Positions 11,011 through 24,156 of a stretch of 64,000 bases of DNA are shown in pieces. The stretch comes from Camelus ferus. Lineage: Eukaryota. The DNA is taken from the NCBI RefSeq assembly GCF_009834535.1, contig NC_045696.1:47804001-47868000 (forward strand), read 5' to 3'. The first letter of the stretch is position 1. Each line of letters starts with the position of its first letter. The notes under the pieces were generated by a model, which saw only the letters and a program-made list of their open reading frames with translations, was not told the DNA's origin and made no database searches. The position numbers were made by a program, and so were the translations under genes.

Positions 11011-13519
11011 AATAGTAACAGTGCACACTCTGACTTTGTTCTTGACATTATGGGGATTTTCTCACTGTGTTTTCATTAAACATGATGCTGGCTTTTAGAT
11101 GGTAACTATTAGTTTAAAATGTGGCCATACAGTCCCTAGTTTATTGAGGTTTTTTACAATACTTGATTGGTATGATTATATCATTTCTCTTATTCGTCCT
11201 CCTCCAGGTGAATTATGCTAAAAGAGTTGCTGATGTTGAATTATTTTTCCATTTCTGGAATAAGCCAGTACTATTATCCCCACCATGTTCAGTCACTGTC
11301 TAGGGGGCAGCCCAGGGGAAGAAAGTATGATTTTGGTATTAACACCATGGTGGCTTTAAAGGGGTTGGCAGCTGGAGTCTGGCATCACCTGTGCTCCTCA
11401 CAGCAGAATCTCTTAAAGAAGATTTGGAGCAGCACATTTCTACAGCTACCACATAAGTCAATAAAGGACTAGAAGTCAGAAAACTTGAGCTCCAAAACTA
11501 TCACAGCCAACAAGTTATCAGTGTTATCTTAAGTCAGGTAATGTGCCCTCTGAGACTCACCTTTTCCTTGCTTTATATAGATAGGCATAATAACAAAACA
11601 CATGCATTTAAAGGGATTGAAAGAGATTCTGGTACACAGTGTGCTATAAATGCTAGCACACTTCAGGGAGGAGCCCCAGAACCTGGAAAGTAATAACAGC
11701 TGCCATTTCTTGAGCACTTACTACATGCCAGGCAGTCTGTGTTGGCAAAGAGACAAGATCAAAAGGGAAGAGAGAAGGAAAAAGGAAGGAATTGTGGCAT
11801 TTAATTGCTGTTACCACCTTGAGCAATTTACATTAAAGAAGGAAACTCTCTAGCATGTAGATTTTGCTAGAACAAAAAGAGAGACTTATAAGGAAGAAGT
11901 AAAGTAAGCCAAAAAAAATTCCTTGCTGGTTGTGTTAAGTTTACTGAGAAGGAAAGGAAGCAAGGATTTAGGGTGTCAGTAATGTTCAGAATAGAGTGGG
12001 CCCTTAGTTGGAGCTTTCATTTGGCTCTACTGCCTGGGTCCCCTGGTGGCAGGATGGCTGAACGCTATCAACAGATACAGAGCAAGGATTTACCATAGTC
12101 CAACATAACCTCTGATCCTGTACCTTCCACTTACTAAATATGAACAAAATCCTTAACTTTCTAGTCTTCGTCTTTGAAAGGAGTTGTTCTGAGAAATAAA
12201 TCAGATAATTTATGTGAAGCACTTGACAGAGAATAGTTACTTAATAAGTATGGCTATATTATTAAAGCATAACTCACGTTTTACAATAACCTAAGTTTTA
12301 TGTATAAAACTATTCGCAGAAACAATGTTAATTTTTAATAAGTATTGATAGCCACCAAAAATATTTTTCATGAAATTTAACCTTAGAATTTGGGGGGAAA
12401 ATCACATAAGCTACAATGGTTTTCAATAACTACATTTATGCTCTAATTGCAGATTTGACCTTCCACTGAAAAAAATTTAAAAGACCATTTTTTAAATGAA
12501 GTCATCCCCAATGGAAATGCTAACTGAAAGGATCCTTTTAAAATAAATACTCTCCAAAAGCTACTCATTTTCCAACTCGTAAGTCACATGTAATGGTTGA
12601 AAATATGAGAACCTAAGCCACAAATACCCAGTCATTATGTTAAGATGGTCTTTTATGTAAACATGAATCAGCACATACCAACAGACTATAGTAGTCAATT
12701 CTGAGGGACGGAAGTTCTTGTTTCAATGGATGAAATACGCATGCTTTTGGAAAATTCAAATGTGAACTTTTCCTTAACCTAAGAAATTTCTTCTGATCTG
12801 AAAGGATAGCATAGATCAGGTTAAAAGCTTGCATATCTTTATGCACCAAATCTTTAAAAAGCAAAGACCACGGTTGATATAAGATGGTTTCTAGAGAGAA
12901 AGCATTTTTGTACAGCCTTGTAAATGTTTCCATTCACATGGAACAACTCCAGCTGCTTTCAAAAATCAACAAATGATAAGCAGAAGGAAGATGGAAAGAA
13001 ATAACAGCATTTTTATGATGTCCAACTGATAAACACTGGGTTCCATATATATTATGTTAAGCATTGTTGAGCACAGAATTAACATCATTTGTAATGCAGT
13101 GAAATAAGGCAGCTGAGGCAAATGCAGAAAGGTCTCCAATACGTTGCTTTGATGAGCTAAACTGACACTGCCAGGTTATATATTCACAAAAAAATATGAA
13201 TGAAGGGTCAAATAATTCATTTTTTCCTGGATGTATGTTCATAGACTGTGACTAGAGCTCTCAAACACTTTTCATCCTGTTATCTATCTAGTTTGATAAT
13301 CTTATCTTTCTACGAACCATACTTTTCACAGTGTATCTAATTACCTAGAATGGATCCAAAAACAGTCATAATCCTGCATTTGAGTACTTAAAGTATCATA
13401 AGCAAAAGATAAATCTTTTCCTTGATAAAAATTTGGAGGCACAAATTTACAAAAGAAGTCACAAACTACTGAATGTCTCCAATGTTTTTAAGTACTGGGC
13501 AAGCACTCAAAATATGTCA

Positions 13520-13810
13520 TTAACTCAAGTCAACAAACATTTACTGAGCTCATACTCTTTGATAAGCAGGCACTCTACTAAGTGTTGAAGACATAAAGGT
13601 TATAAAGATATCACAGTCTAGTAGCAGTGACAGGTATACGCAGATGCAACTGCGATACAACAAGAAATGCAAGTGATAGAAGAGGGTCCTGGTGTATAGT
13701 GGGAATAAAGAGGAGGGGAAGTGTCCAGAGACAAGGAATTTTACCTTATCTAGTGGAAGAGTAGCTTCTCAGAGGAGATGATAACCACACTGAGACCTCA
13801 GAAATGAATA
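13520..13810 (-). mobile_element. L2 3' fragment
   Basis: caacaaacatttactgagc..aggcactctactaagtgttgaagacata is the antisense L2 tail. Confidence 0.65.
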
Positions 13811-14486
13811 ATGCTTGATTTTCATAATAATCTGTATTAATAGTCCTAAGTAGGGTAACATAATTATTCTCATTTTATATCTGAGGAAATGGATGTACCC
13901 TGACTCAGAGATAATAACTGGCAGGGCCAAGTCTACCTGATTCCAGTGTCATACATTTTGTATTGCCTCCGAAAGTCATGAAAAATACTCTGTATGTCTC
14001 ACCAAGTCACAAAATTTTCACTATTATTTATCTCATTTAGCAATTCCAACACACCAGCCCCTTCTTACAATTCTCACCATAATCAGCTAAAAGAATATAT
14101 AGTAATTGCTGGCTTATATTTCGTATCTCTCTTAGAAATTCTCATGAAAACCCAAGATACTACAGTTATCGCAGAGCAAAGTAGATATGCAAATATAAAC
14201 CTGTCACTGAGAAGAAAGGAAACTCTATTAAGACCTTTATAATAAGTGTAATAAGTGTCTGGAAACATTTCCTTTAATTGACCAAATAATCTCAACTGTA
14301 ATCAGAGGGGGAGGCAGCAGTCTAAATATATGGAGCTTACTTACCTCTCCTCACAACGTGATACAACAGGATTTTCTTGATCTTTTGCCTACTTTTATAA
14401 AAGAATTAGGGGACAGCTTTATTTTCAACCTACTATAGCCTCCAACTGAAAAAGACTATGTAAGAGCTGTGGGAATTTAACAGCCA

Positions 14487-15350
14487 TACTGAGTAGGAAA
14501 AATTCACTTTCTTATGTGTCTCCCCTTTACTGCTCACACAGAATACTTCACTTCTGATGCTAATGGTCACCAAACATGTGGGGGTTTTTCCCACAATAAG
14601 CAATTGTGTGATACCAACTGGGTGTCCCACAATTTAACCCAATTCTGACACTATCTACCTAGAAATATTAGCAGATCCATAGTTTGAGGGCTTAGTCCCA
14701 CAAGACTGCCTCCCCCACCCCAATTCTAATAGCAAATCCAGGTTCTCAACTGGGTTTCTGACCTATCAGCTATAAATCAGAGGTTCCCAAAACCCTCACC
14801 TCAGGTTCAATTAATTTGCTAGAGTGGCTCACAGAACTAAGGAAAACAGTGTACTTGCTGTTTATCGGTTTATTATAAAAGGATATGAAAAAGGATACAG
14901 ATGAACATTTAAATGAAAGAGATATGTAGGCCAAGGTAGGTGGGAAGGAGCACAGGCAGAGCTTCCATGCCCTCTCCCAGACCACCACCCTACCAGAACC
15001 TCCAAGTATTCGCCAACCCAGAAGCTCTCCAAATTCACACTTAGGGATTTTTATGTAAGCATCATTATATAGGCATGATGGATCATTAACTGCATTTCCA
15101 GCTCCTCTCCCTCCTCTGGAGAATGGAGAGTAGGGTTGAAAATTCCAAGTTTTTTCAGGGGTAGATATAGCTCAGTGGTAGGGCATGTGCTTAGTATGCA
15201 CAAGGTCCTGAGTTCAATCCCCAGTACCTCCATTAAAAAAAAAAAAGAAAGAAAGAAAGAAAAGAAAATTCCAAGTTTCTAATCATGGCTTGATCTTATG
15301 GTGACCAGCCCCCATCCAGGAACACACAAGAGTTACTTTACTAGAACAAA
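14487..15350 (-). mobile_element. ERV solo LTR, MER21-like
   Basis: cttctgatgc..caattctgacactatctacctaga..ttaatttgctagagtggctcacagaact resembles the MER21 consensus as recalled. Confidence 0.7.
15157..15263 (+). mobile_element. tRNA-derived SINE (vic-1-like), short form
   Basis: A and B boxes, A/GAAA tail, perfect TSD gaaaattccaagttt at 15138-15152 and 15264-15278. Confidence 0.92.
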
Positions 15351-16151
15351 AGGCAGGTAAATATATATATAGAGAGAGAGAGAGACTCTATTACCTCACA
15401 CATCCTAATCACCTAGTGCTAGCGGCTCATGGTATTTCAAATTTAGCTATCCATGGAAGCACACTAAGATATGTCATCAAAATCATCACCATCAAGCCAT
15501 AAAATAAGGGATCTGGGGGGAATCCACAGATGCATTCATTTAACAGATATTTACTGATGATGTCCTATGTGCTAGGCAACGTGCTATCCACTAAAGGAAT
15601 TAAAGTTTTACACGTCATATTGCCTGGCCTTAGGAATTTGCCATCAATGGAGGGAGACAATTACAATATAAATGTATATGCTCCAGTCCACTCATTTTAC
15701 ACATATGGAAAGGAGGGAAAAAAAATAGTTTGTTAAACTTTGATTATGCATTGTTGATAGGAGTGGAAATTGATGTACCTTTTTTTGGAAGACAGTTTGG
15801 GAATGCTTTTTAAATTTGCAAATGTTCTTATTCTTTGACAAAGCAATTCTAAACAGAAATGTATCCTTCAGATGTACTTGCAGAAGTTTCAAAGACATGT
15901 GTTTGAGAATATACAATTTTGACTGTAGTAGAGAAACACTGGGAACAATCTAAATGTCTATCAATAAGTGATTGAATAAAGAATACTGTGCAGCAATTTA
16001 AAAGATGAAATAGATTCAACATAATGTAAACACAGGAGTTTATTCAAGATCTATTGATATACGAAAAAACAGCAGGGATAATATAGTTCTTTCTTTGTTT
16101 AAGAAGGAAAAAAAAATCAGCACAAGTAAATGTTTAGAAAAATAAGTATCA

Positions 16152-16847
16152 CTATGGAAACCAGTGTGGAGATTTCTCAAAAGACTAGGAATAGACTTAC
16201 CATATGACCCAGGAATCCCACTCCTGGGCTTGTATCCAGAAGGAAATCTACTTCAGGATGACACCTGCACCCCAATGTTCATAGCAGCACTATTTACAAT
16301 AGCCAAAACATGGAAACAGCCTAAATGTCCATCAACAGGTGACTGGATAAAGAAGATGTGGTATATTTATACAATGGAATACTACTCAGCCATAAAAACC
16401 GACAACATAATGCCATTTGCAGCAACATGGATGCTCCTGGAGAATGTCATTCTAAGTGAAGTAAGCCAGAAAGAGAAAGAAAAATACCATATGAGATCGC
16501 TCATATGTGGAATCTAAAAAACAAAAACAAAAACAAAAACAAAAACAAAGCGTAAATACAGGACAGAAATAGACTCACAGACAGAGAATACAGACTTGTG
16601 GTTACCGGGGGGTGGAGGGTGGGAAGGGATAGCCTGGGATTTCAAAATTGTAGAATAGATAAACAAGATTACACTGTATATAGCACAGGGAAATATACAC
16701 AAAATGTTATGGTAACTCACAGAGAAAAAAATGTGACAATGAGTGTGTATATGTCCATGAATGACTGAAAAATTGTGCTGAACACTGGAATTTGACACAT
16801 TGTAAAATGATTATAAATCAATAAAAAATGTTAAAAAGAAAAAGAAA
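16152..16847 (+). mobile_element. Young 5'-truncated L1 with intact ORF2 C-terminal frame
   Basis: ORF 16164-16517 (WRFLKRLGIDLPYDP..TCTPMFIAALFTIAKTWKQPKCP..YTMEYYSAIK); perfect 17-bp TSD tagaaaaataagtatca at 16135-16151 and 16848-16864. Confidence 0.97.
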
Positions 16848-18659
16848 TAGAAAAATAAGTATCAGGGAAATGCACACCAAACTAAATAATGGCTACAGAT
16901 AGTTTCTATCTTTTATGTTAATATTTGCCATGCTAGATTTTTTCCTAAATAAAAATGTGTTCAACTAAGTTGATGTGCTTTGTAAACACTGTATCTATCC
17001 AAAAAATTGACATTTCTAGGTTTTTATATTTATGAACATTCTTTGAAAACTGTAATGCCTTAATAAATTGTGGGATTATCTATTTGTATGATTGCCAAAT
17101 AATATTAGACGTTCTTTTGAGGTACTCTGAAGGAGAATATACTTATGCAGAAAAAACAATTTTAAAACAATTAAAAATAACATTAAGAATTAGGATAATA
17201 ACATAGTTTCCTAGTTTCCTTCAAGCATTCTTGAACTTTAATCCAGGTCTCTGGAGTCTTGGTCTAGTTCTTTTTCTATGCAGTTATCTCTTGCCTATGG
17301 GTAATCTGTTAAAAGCTTTTGCTCAAAGGCAAAACCTCTTCTAAGCAACACTAATTCTCAGGGCAGAAAATGCAAATACTGGAGTGTTTCTATGAATGGA
17401 AAAGAAAGCTTCTATTACTGCTAATAAGCACTTGTGATAACACACTGTGGAAACTGTAAACTTTATGCCATAAGCAAGTAAAACTGAAACAACCAGTGAG
17501 TTAGCCAGTCAATATGGAGGCCTCACAATTAACCAGAACTCACAGTTACCAATGCCTTTGTGAGCGATTTCTATACAAAGTCATCACAATCTTATACAAA
17601 TAAAATATTTAATTCTAGCTGAAAGAAAATATAATATGAAGGTCCCCTCTTCCCCAAACAGAATACTTTATCAAACTGAGATCAGAAATTCAATGTGTAA
17701 GAATAAGGGGAATGATTGGACAACTAAAGTTCCCATGCGTCTGAGCAAACTGCAGCCAGGCTCTGAGCTCATCTGAAGGCGAAGTCTGCGTGAACAGCAA
17801 AATCAAGTGTAAAACTACCTAACAGGGGCTTTGATGTATGCTGAGTGTTCTATTTGCAAATTCATAGAATTCACACACCATAAATTGAAGAAAATAAAAT
17901 TTAAGGGAATGTAAAATGTATCTTTTTTTTTTTTCAGATTTGGCTACTTCAATGTATAGAAGTGAAAAGTAAAAATATCATTTTATTTAACTCAAGCTTT
18001 GAATTGCCCAATGGGGTAGCTGAGTATATAAGAGGATGTTAAGATAAAAATTTCTGCTGAGACTTAAGACAGGAGACATCAGATAACAAAGACAGTTGTG
18101 AAACAAGCCAGCCTCTAGAATTTGGAATAAAATCTGTGTGTATATTCCTAAACCTTCTCACTTACATAAAAGGTAAACACTGCTACTCTGGTGGGAGGGC
18201 TCCAAGGAGCTACTTGGAGAGCCTATTATCTGTCCCTGTAGTTTGGGGCACCCAACTAGTGCCAGACTCTCATCTGAAAAATCCAAGTGAGGAGAGAGGC
18301 ACTGACTAGAGGCTAGTGGAACAGCCTAAGGAGAGAATATGTCATCGGATAGCCTAAAATCCCAGAATTTTCAGGGCAAAACATCCAGGGGTGTTTCCAA
18401 TAGACCTGACATAGGCCATGTGCAACAGAGCCAGTGGGAAAGAACTTAGAATCTGTCTATGAGGGTCTTTGGAGGAACTAACAAACCTCAGCAAAGAGAA
18501 GGAGGCATTACCAGCTTCCATGTTGCTGGAGGAAGAGCTAATTCACCAGTGAAGTGGAGATGCATTTTTCCATATCAAGGACTACAAGTGAGAGAACCCT
18601 TGTGATGGGGACTCCAAAGTATTCACAGTAGTCACTCTATAACTAGAAATTTAAATACT

Positions 18660-19400
18660 GACTGACTATTTGATCATATTAAGAAATCAATAATTTTTAG
18701 GTACAATAATGATACTGTGATTATATGTTTTTAAAAGGAAGCCTTCACTTTTAGAGAAGTATGCTAAAATATTTATAAATGAAATCATACACATGGGGCT
18801 TGCTTCAAAAGAGTACGTGGGATGAGGAGACAGGGAAAACAAGATTGACGATTGATAATGGTTGATGCTGAGTAAAAAAGCAAATTTCAGATCATGAAAC
18901 AATTTTACTTCTACATAATATCAAATTTTTTCAAAATGAAATTCAAGAAAAAAAGAGTAAGCTTCAAATTTTTGCTAAAAGTGCAAATCAATGTGTATAG
19001 TATCATATATTTGGTGTAAGAAAGGTGAGGAAATAAGAATATATATGATTTGCCTAATTTTGACTGGAAAGAGAACAAATACAAGAGAAATAAACAAAAG
19101 TTTTAACTGTTTTCTTCCCATAAGAATGGGCAAAACAGCATACTGGAGATAAGACTGGAAGCAAGACCTTACTGAGGATACCCTTTAATATATTTCTGAG
19201 TTTTGAATTATGTAAAGATTTTATATATTCCCCAAATAATTACAGTTAAAAAGCAAACTCTACATTAAACACAAAGTAAAATCACAGTGAAAAAAAAATG
19301 TGACAATGAATATAAGTATGTTCATGTATAACTGAAAAATTGTGCTCTACACTGGAATTTGACACATTGTAAAATGATTATTACTCAATAAAAAAATGTT

Positions 19401-19438
<38 letters not shown>

Positions 19439-19800
19439 TAAAATGAATGAACCTAACTGTATATTAAGTTGGTCAAATAACCATGCAGAGAAATAATTAT
19501 TTCAAGTCATTTTGGAAAGAAAGTAATCTGTCTTTTCATTCCAAGTGGGGTATGGCCTAAAGACAAAGAGCTAAATAAACTTTATACTTCATGCAGCAGG
19601 CTTATTAGTAGGAATATTAGTATTGCAAATTTGAAACAATTTTCTATATATTGTAGGATAAAGCAAATGATAAAATTTATTTCATGTAATTAGAAAGATT
19701 TACAGTATAAGAGAAAGGAGATACAACAATAAAATCAAAGGAATTAAGAAAAGGCATGTATTATTAAATTTGAATAGGAAATATTACCATTAGTTCATGA
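18660..19800 (+). mobile_element. Old L1M 3' UTR fragments, continuing at ~21860-23290
   Basis: cttttagagaagtatgctaaaatattta..gaaatcata, agaagaatgccagctaataaat, ccattttacaagacaactg are typical of L1MC/ME 3' ends. Confidence 0.6.
19283..19434 (+). mobile_element. Very short L1 3' end (same family as 16152-16847) with a (CA)n tail
   Basis: Nearly matches 16718-16836; TSD-like caaa(a)gtaaaat on both sides; (CA)n at ~19405-19434. Confidence 0.85.
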
Positions 19801-19849
19801 CTAAAATATATGCCCCTCTGTCTTGGATCATAAGGGTGAGAGAGTTTCT

Positions 19850-21830
19850 GAAAGATTGAGAAAAAGACATTTGGTAGCACAGGACATGCTTCAAGCCTCT
19901 TTGAGGACAAATATATATATATATATATATATAATCATGACATACACTTGGACAGATAAAGGGAAAAGAAAAAGAAAAGAGGTTCCACGGGAAGAGGAGG
20001 GTAGATGGTAGAAGATGGGGTGGAGAAAAGCACAGAAGCACAAAAAGAAGGGAGAAAAAGGCAGAAAAACAGGCAGAAAAAGACCTTCTGTGTCAGGCTC
20101 CTATGAGAGTAGATGTTTTCCTGAGAAACCTCTCGAAAGCACCTTAGCAGGGCAGTGAAAACACAACCCCTTCTAGGAGCTTTGAATCAACTGATGAGTG
20201 CAGTGAAAATTAGGGACCCTACTTTCTGTTCACTTCCTGTGACTGATTTTATTGCTCTCAATTACTCTATGATCATTAATACCCACTGGATCTTAGTATT
20301 ACGTAACAAAAGATCAAGAACAATGACCATAGAAGAACCTTCTTTTTTCAAATTTAAAGACGCTTTCAAATTAGTGTTGTATCAGAGACCACAACAAACC
20401 AGAGACCATTTACTATAAAGCTGCAAGATGCTACTGCAGATGAAAATAAAAGTTCTTAGTCAAAGAAAATAGAACCTGAAGCAGACCATGGATGCATGGC
20501 AAACTTGCAAAGAATTCAAAAGCAGATACATAATGGAAGGTCAAGCAGACTAGGGAGGACAAGAGATAATGAAGATACTGATGCCAGAGTTTTCAAAAGT
20601 TGCAGTAAGGAAAATAAAGTTAAATCAAATTAAGTTAAAAGGGACAAAGATATGCTTTATCACACAGCATACAAATTTATAATGTAAGTTTATAAGCAGT
20701 AATTTAGAGAATAGCAGTAGATTGAATACTGTTAAGAATCTGAAGGAAAATTGCCCAGAAAACTTTCTAACAATCAGAGCTTGAAGAAAAAGAACCAGGC
20801 AGGGTAAAGACAACGGGATTTTTCCATTTTACAAATCCTGTAATAGGAGAACCAAGCTCCTGCTCTTAAGACTGGGAATGATAACTGAAAGATTTCAGTC
20901 TAGAGTGAGTATCTTTCAAGAAGATGAAAAGAACGAAGTGATACTCTAATCATATATTCAATTTCTTGGAGCACACTATGACAGAATATTTGCAAATATT
21001 GGCAGGAATTATTTTGATGGAACCTATTTGATTTATGCAAGAGACTCATCTTCCATGTGATCTCAGTATCCATGACGTGTGGCCAAGACTACTCATACGC
21101 TATACAGATAACATAGTGGATGTTCTAACATGAGGCAGTTTAGTACTTCCCAAGGATTGGAGACACCATCACCTAAAGATGAAGGCCAGAATGAGACATT
21201 TGACATAGGAAAAGACATGGAGTTTATACAAATGAATCTAGGTTGTTTTGACTCAAGTAATCAAAACAGGCTCCTGTGCAGTGAGGTATAGAACTCCAGG
21301 TGAAAGTTTTGACTGAAAATGCTTGTGTTCCAAAGGAAATTTGATAAAACCACTAATTGGTTAGGGAGCTCCAGTAAATCCAAAGCATCTGAGCACTAGG
21401 CATCCTCTCAATGTCATCTATCTCTTAGACCCCTACTACAGAAAGATGCATCTTGCTGAACAAGAGACCAATAATCTTGAAGAACAGTACAGCAACTCCA
21501 GAGGATGCTGTGGCATATATGGTGTTGAAAGGATAATGGAGATTTCTATTCCTTCTTCCATTATTGACAAAAATATGAATAGTTAACAGAAGATTCTGAA
21601 GCAACTAAAAAGACTGACTTTGTCAACTAGAGATATAATGATATTTAAAACTAATTGGATTTTATTGTATGTACTGTACACTTTTTCCAATCTTAAAAAA
21701 ACCTATAGGTGACATTAAATATTTTTAAACTGTACTTTTAATTAAATATGGAAAAATCAATTTTAGTGTTTCAAAGATTGAGCATGTATTAAGTAATAAG
21801 GCTGAAGCTTGGGCTATGAAAAATTATATA
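19850..21830 (+). pseudogene. BRD7: Processed (intronless) pseudogene of bromodomain-containing protein 7, heavily decayed
   Basis: Collinear BRD7 peptides: GH.SSLFEDK (~19884), PEKPL (~20120), ALNQLM..DP..PVTDFIA..YSMII (ORF 20155-20418), KPETIYYKAA (~20397), RLGM.T.R.QS.V (~20868), HYD..FANI (~20973), MHLAEQ.TNNL.E (~21447), YGV...M.ISIPS (~21517), TED.E..KKTD (~21585). No introns; many stops and indels; ends approximate. Confidence 0.93.
19911..19933. repeat. (TA)n microsatellite inside the BRD7 pseudogene
   Basis: Alternating AT run between FEDK and (D)HD codons. Confidence 0.95.
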
Positions 21831-22104
21831 TTTAAATACATATTACATATACAATATATGTACACACACATACTCATTCACATATGAAAAAGCCAAGAAA
21901 CAATGATATCTTTGGAAAACTAATACAACTAATGTCCAAATATTAGTTTCCATAAACCATTCTTCATAATCTTGGACTCCTTGAAAACTGACAGGTTTCA
22001 ATTCTGGAACAGAAAGCATGTAAAGTCAATCTGGGATATCTTACGCCAGAGGTAAAGAGGATTCAAATATCAGTGGGGTCACATCAAAAGTATATAGCTG
22101 GCTT

Positions 22105-22235
22105 ACGGTGCAAAAGAATATGACAACAAATATATGCATATTCATGGATGACTGAAGTATTATGCTGTACACCAGAAACTGACAAAACATTGTAAACTGA
22201 CTATACTTCAAAAAAAAAAAAAAGTAAAATTTTAA
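22105..22235 (+). mobile_element. Short L1 3' end with poly(A)
   Basis: tatgctgtacaccagaaactgacaaaacattgtaaactgactatacttc-A tail; TSD aaaagtatatagct at ~22086 and ~22236. Confidence 0.85.
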
Positions 22236-23292
22236 AAAAGTATATAGCTTGAGAAATGCTTTTACAGTAAATTTGGGAAATTTTGAACCTATAATTATTG
22301 TAAAAAAAAGTAGGTGAAATTAACTGTAGAAAGAAAATGAGAGAGATAAGAGAGAAAAGCTAATTTACCAACACTGGGGATGATTATTAAACCAACTCTT
22401 TATTCTGAAAATTAGTTTAAATATCTGCCCTGACATTTTAGAAGCAAGAAAAAGTCTTCTTACAGAAGAATGCCAGCTAATAAATATATAAAAATGATAA
22501 AAATAGAAAATCTTTCATCTGTAACATACCATAAAATAATTGATGCAGAAAATAATATTAACAGATGGTAAAATCTTCAGGTAAAATTATTTTGGTTAAC
22601 AGTACTCTGCAGATTATTTGCTTATTATTTTCTCATTGCAAGTTAAAAAAAATTCACCTTTATAAATGGAGAGGTCTTAACATCACCATTCTAATCAAGT
22701 GATGAAACCTAGTATTATCTAACCTCCCCCTCCTCAACCTAAGGATTTGAAATACGGAGTACTCAGCATCAACTATGAACTACTCTTGCCCAGAATATTT
22801 ATCCAAAATCAAATGGCACCTTTAGAACTAACTTCAAGTTTATAGTAAATTCATGAAACAGAGGGTCACATTGATAAATGACACCAGAAGTAAACAGTCA
22901 GTTAAATACAGGATATGAGGCCATTTTACAAGACAACTGCTATAGTTTCCTCAAAAAAGTCATGCAAAAGAGAAAAACAAAAAGAGACGACTATTCTCCG
23001 ATTAAAAAGGATAAAAGACAAATAATGTATAGAACTTGATTCGGTTCTAATTCAGAATAAAGTCGCTTTGGTAATAATTGCACAATGTGAAGATAGATCA
23101 AAATTTACATTGGAACTTAGATATTTTAGATTTATTCATTGTATTGGAGTAATGTAAGAAAACATCTTTACTTTTAGGAGAGGCATGCTGAATTCTTCAA
23201 GAGCGAAGTGCAATGATGTTTATATCTTACTTTCAAATGGACAGAAAAGAAAAACATTTGGCAAAATGTCAAGCGTTTTTGAATCTAGGTAG

Positions 23293-23810
23293 TGATACCA
23301 CCACCAAAGAAGATGGCAAATGCTCACAAAGATGTGGAAAATTGGACATATACTGCTAGCGGAATTATAAAAAGGTACAGCCACGTTGATAAACAGATTG
23401 TCATTCTACAAAATGTTAAACATGGAGTCACCATAAGAATCAGCAATTCTCACAGGTATATGCCCAAGGGAAATGAAACTTAAGTCCATACAAAAACTTG
23501 CACACAAATGTATATAGCAGTATCATTCATAATAGCTAAAAAGTGAAAACAATCCTCATGTCCATCAATGGAAGAATATATAAACAAAGGCCGTATGTCC
23601 ATACAATAAAATATTACTCAGTAATAAAAAGGAATGAAATTGATACATGCTACAACATAGATGAATATGGAAAACATTATACTAAGAGACAGAAACCAGA
23701 CACAAAAGGACAAATATCGTATAATTCCATTTATATGAAATGTTCCAAATAGGCAAATTCATAAAGATAAAGAGTAGATTAGTGCTTTCCTGGGGCTGTG
23801 AGAAAGATGG
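23293..23810 (+). mobile_element. L1 (L1MB/MC-like) 3' fragment
   Basis: gtccatacaaaaacttgcacacaaatg, aatattactcagtaataaaaaggaatgaa, ccatttatatgaaatgttcc. Confidence 0.85.
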
Positions 23811-23894
23811 GTTGTTTTTTTTTAATCTTTTCTTTTTTGTCTTTTCTTGGCTTTAGAGAAATATTCTTTTTTCTTTTTCATTTTATATACATTA

Positions 23895-24156
23895 TATTTT
23901 ACTTTTCCAGCCTTCTTGAGGCATAATTGACATATAAAATTGTAATATATTTAAAATGTACAACATAATGATTTGATACATGTATACATTGTGAAGTGAT
24001 TACCACAATCACTGTTAATACATACATCACCTCTCATTGTTACTGTTTCTTTTTTTGTTTGTTTTTATTTTGGATGAGAACACCTAGGGAGCATTATCTT
24101 AGCAAATTTCAAGTCTACATTCAGTATTATTAACTATAGTCACATGCTGTACATTA
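23895..24156 (-). mobile_element. L1 3' UTR terminus, antisense
   Basis: ttgaggcataattgaca..atgatttgatacatgtatacattgtgaa..ttattaactatagtcacatgctgtaca. Confidence 0.8.
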
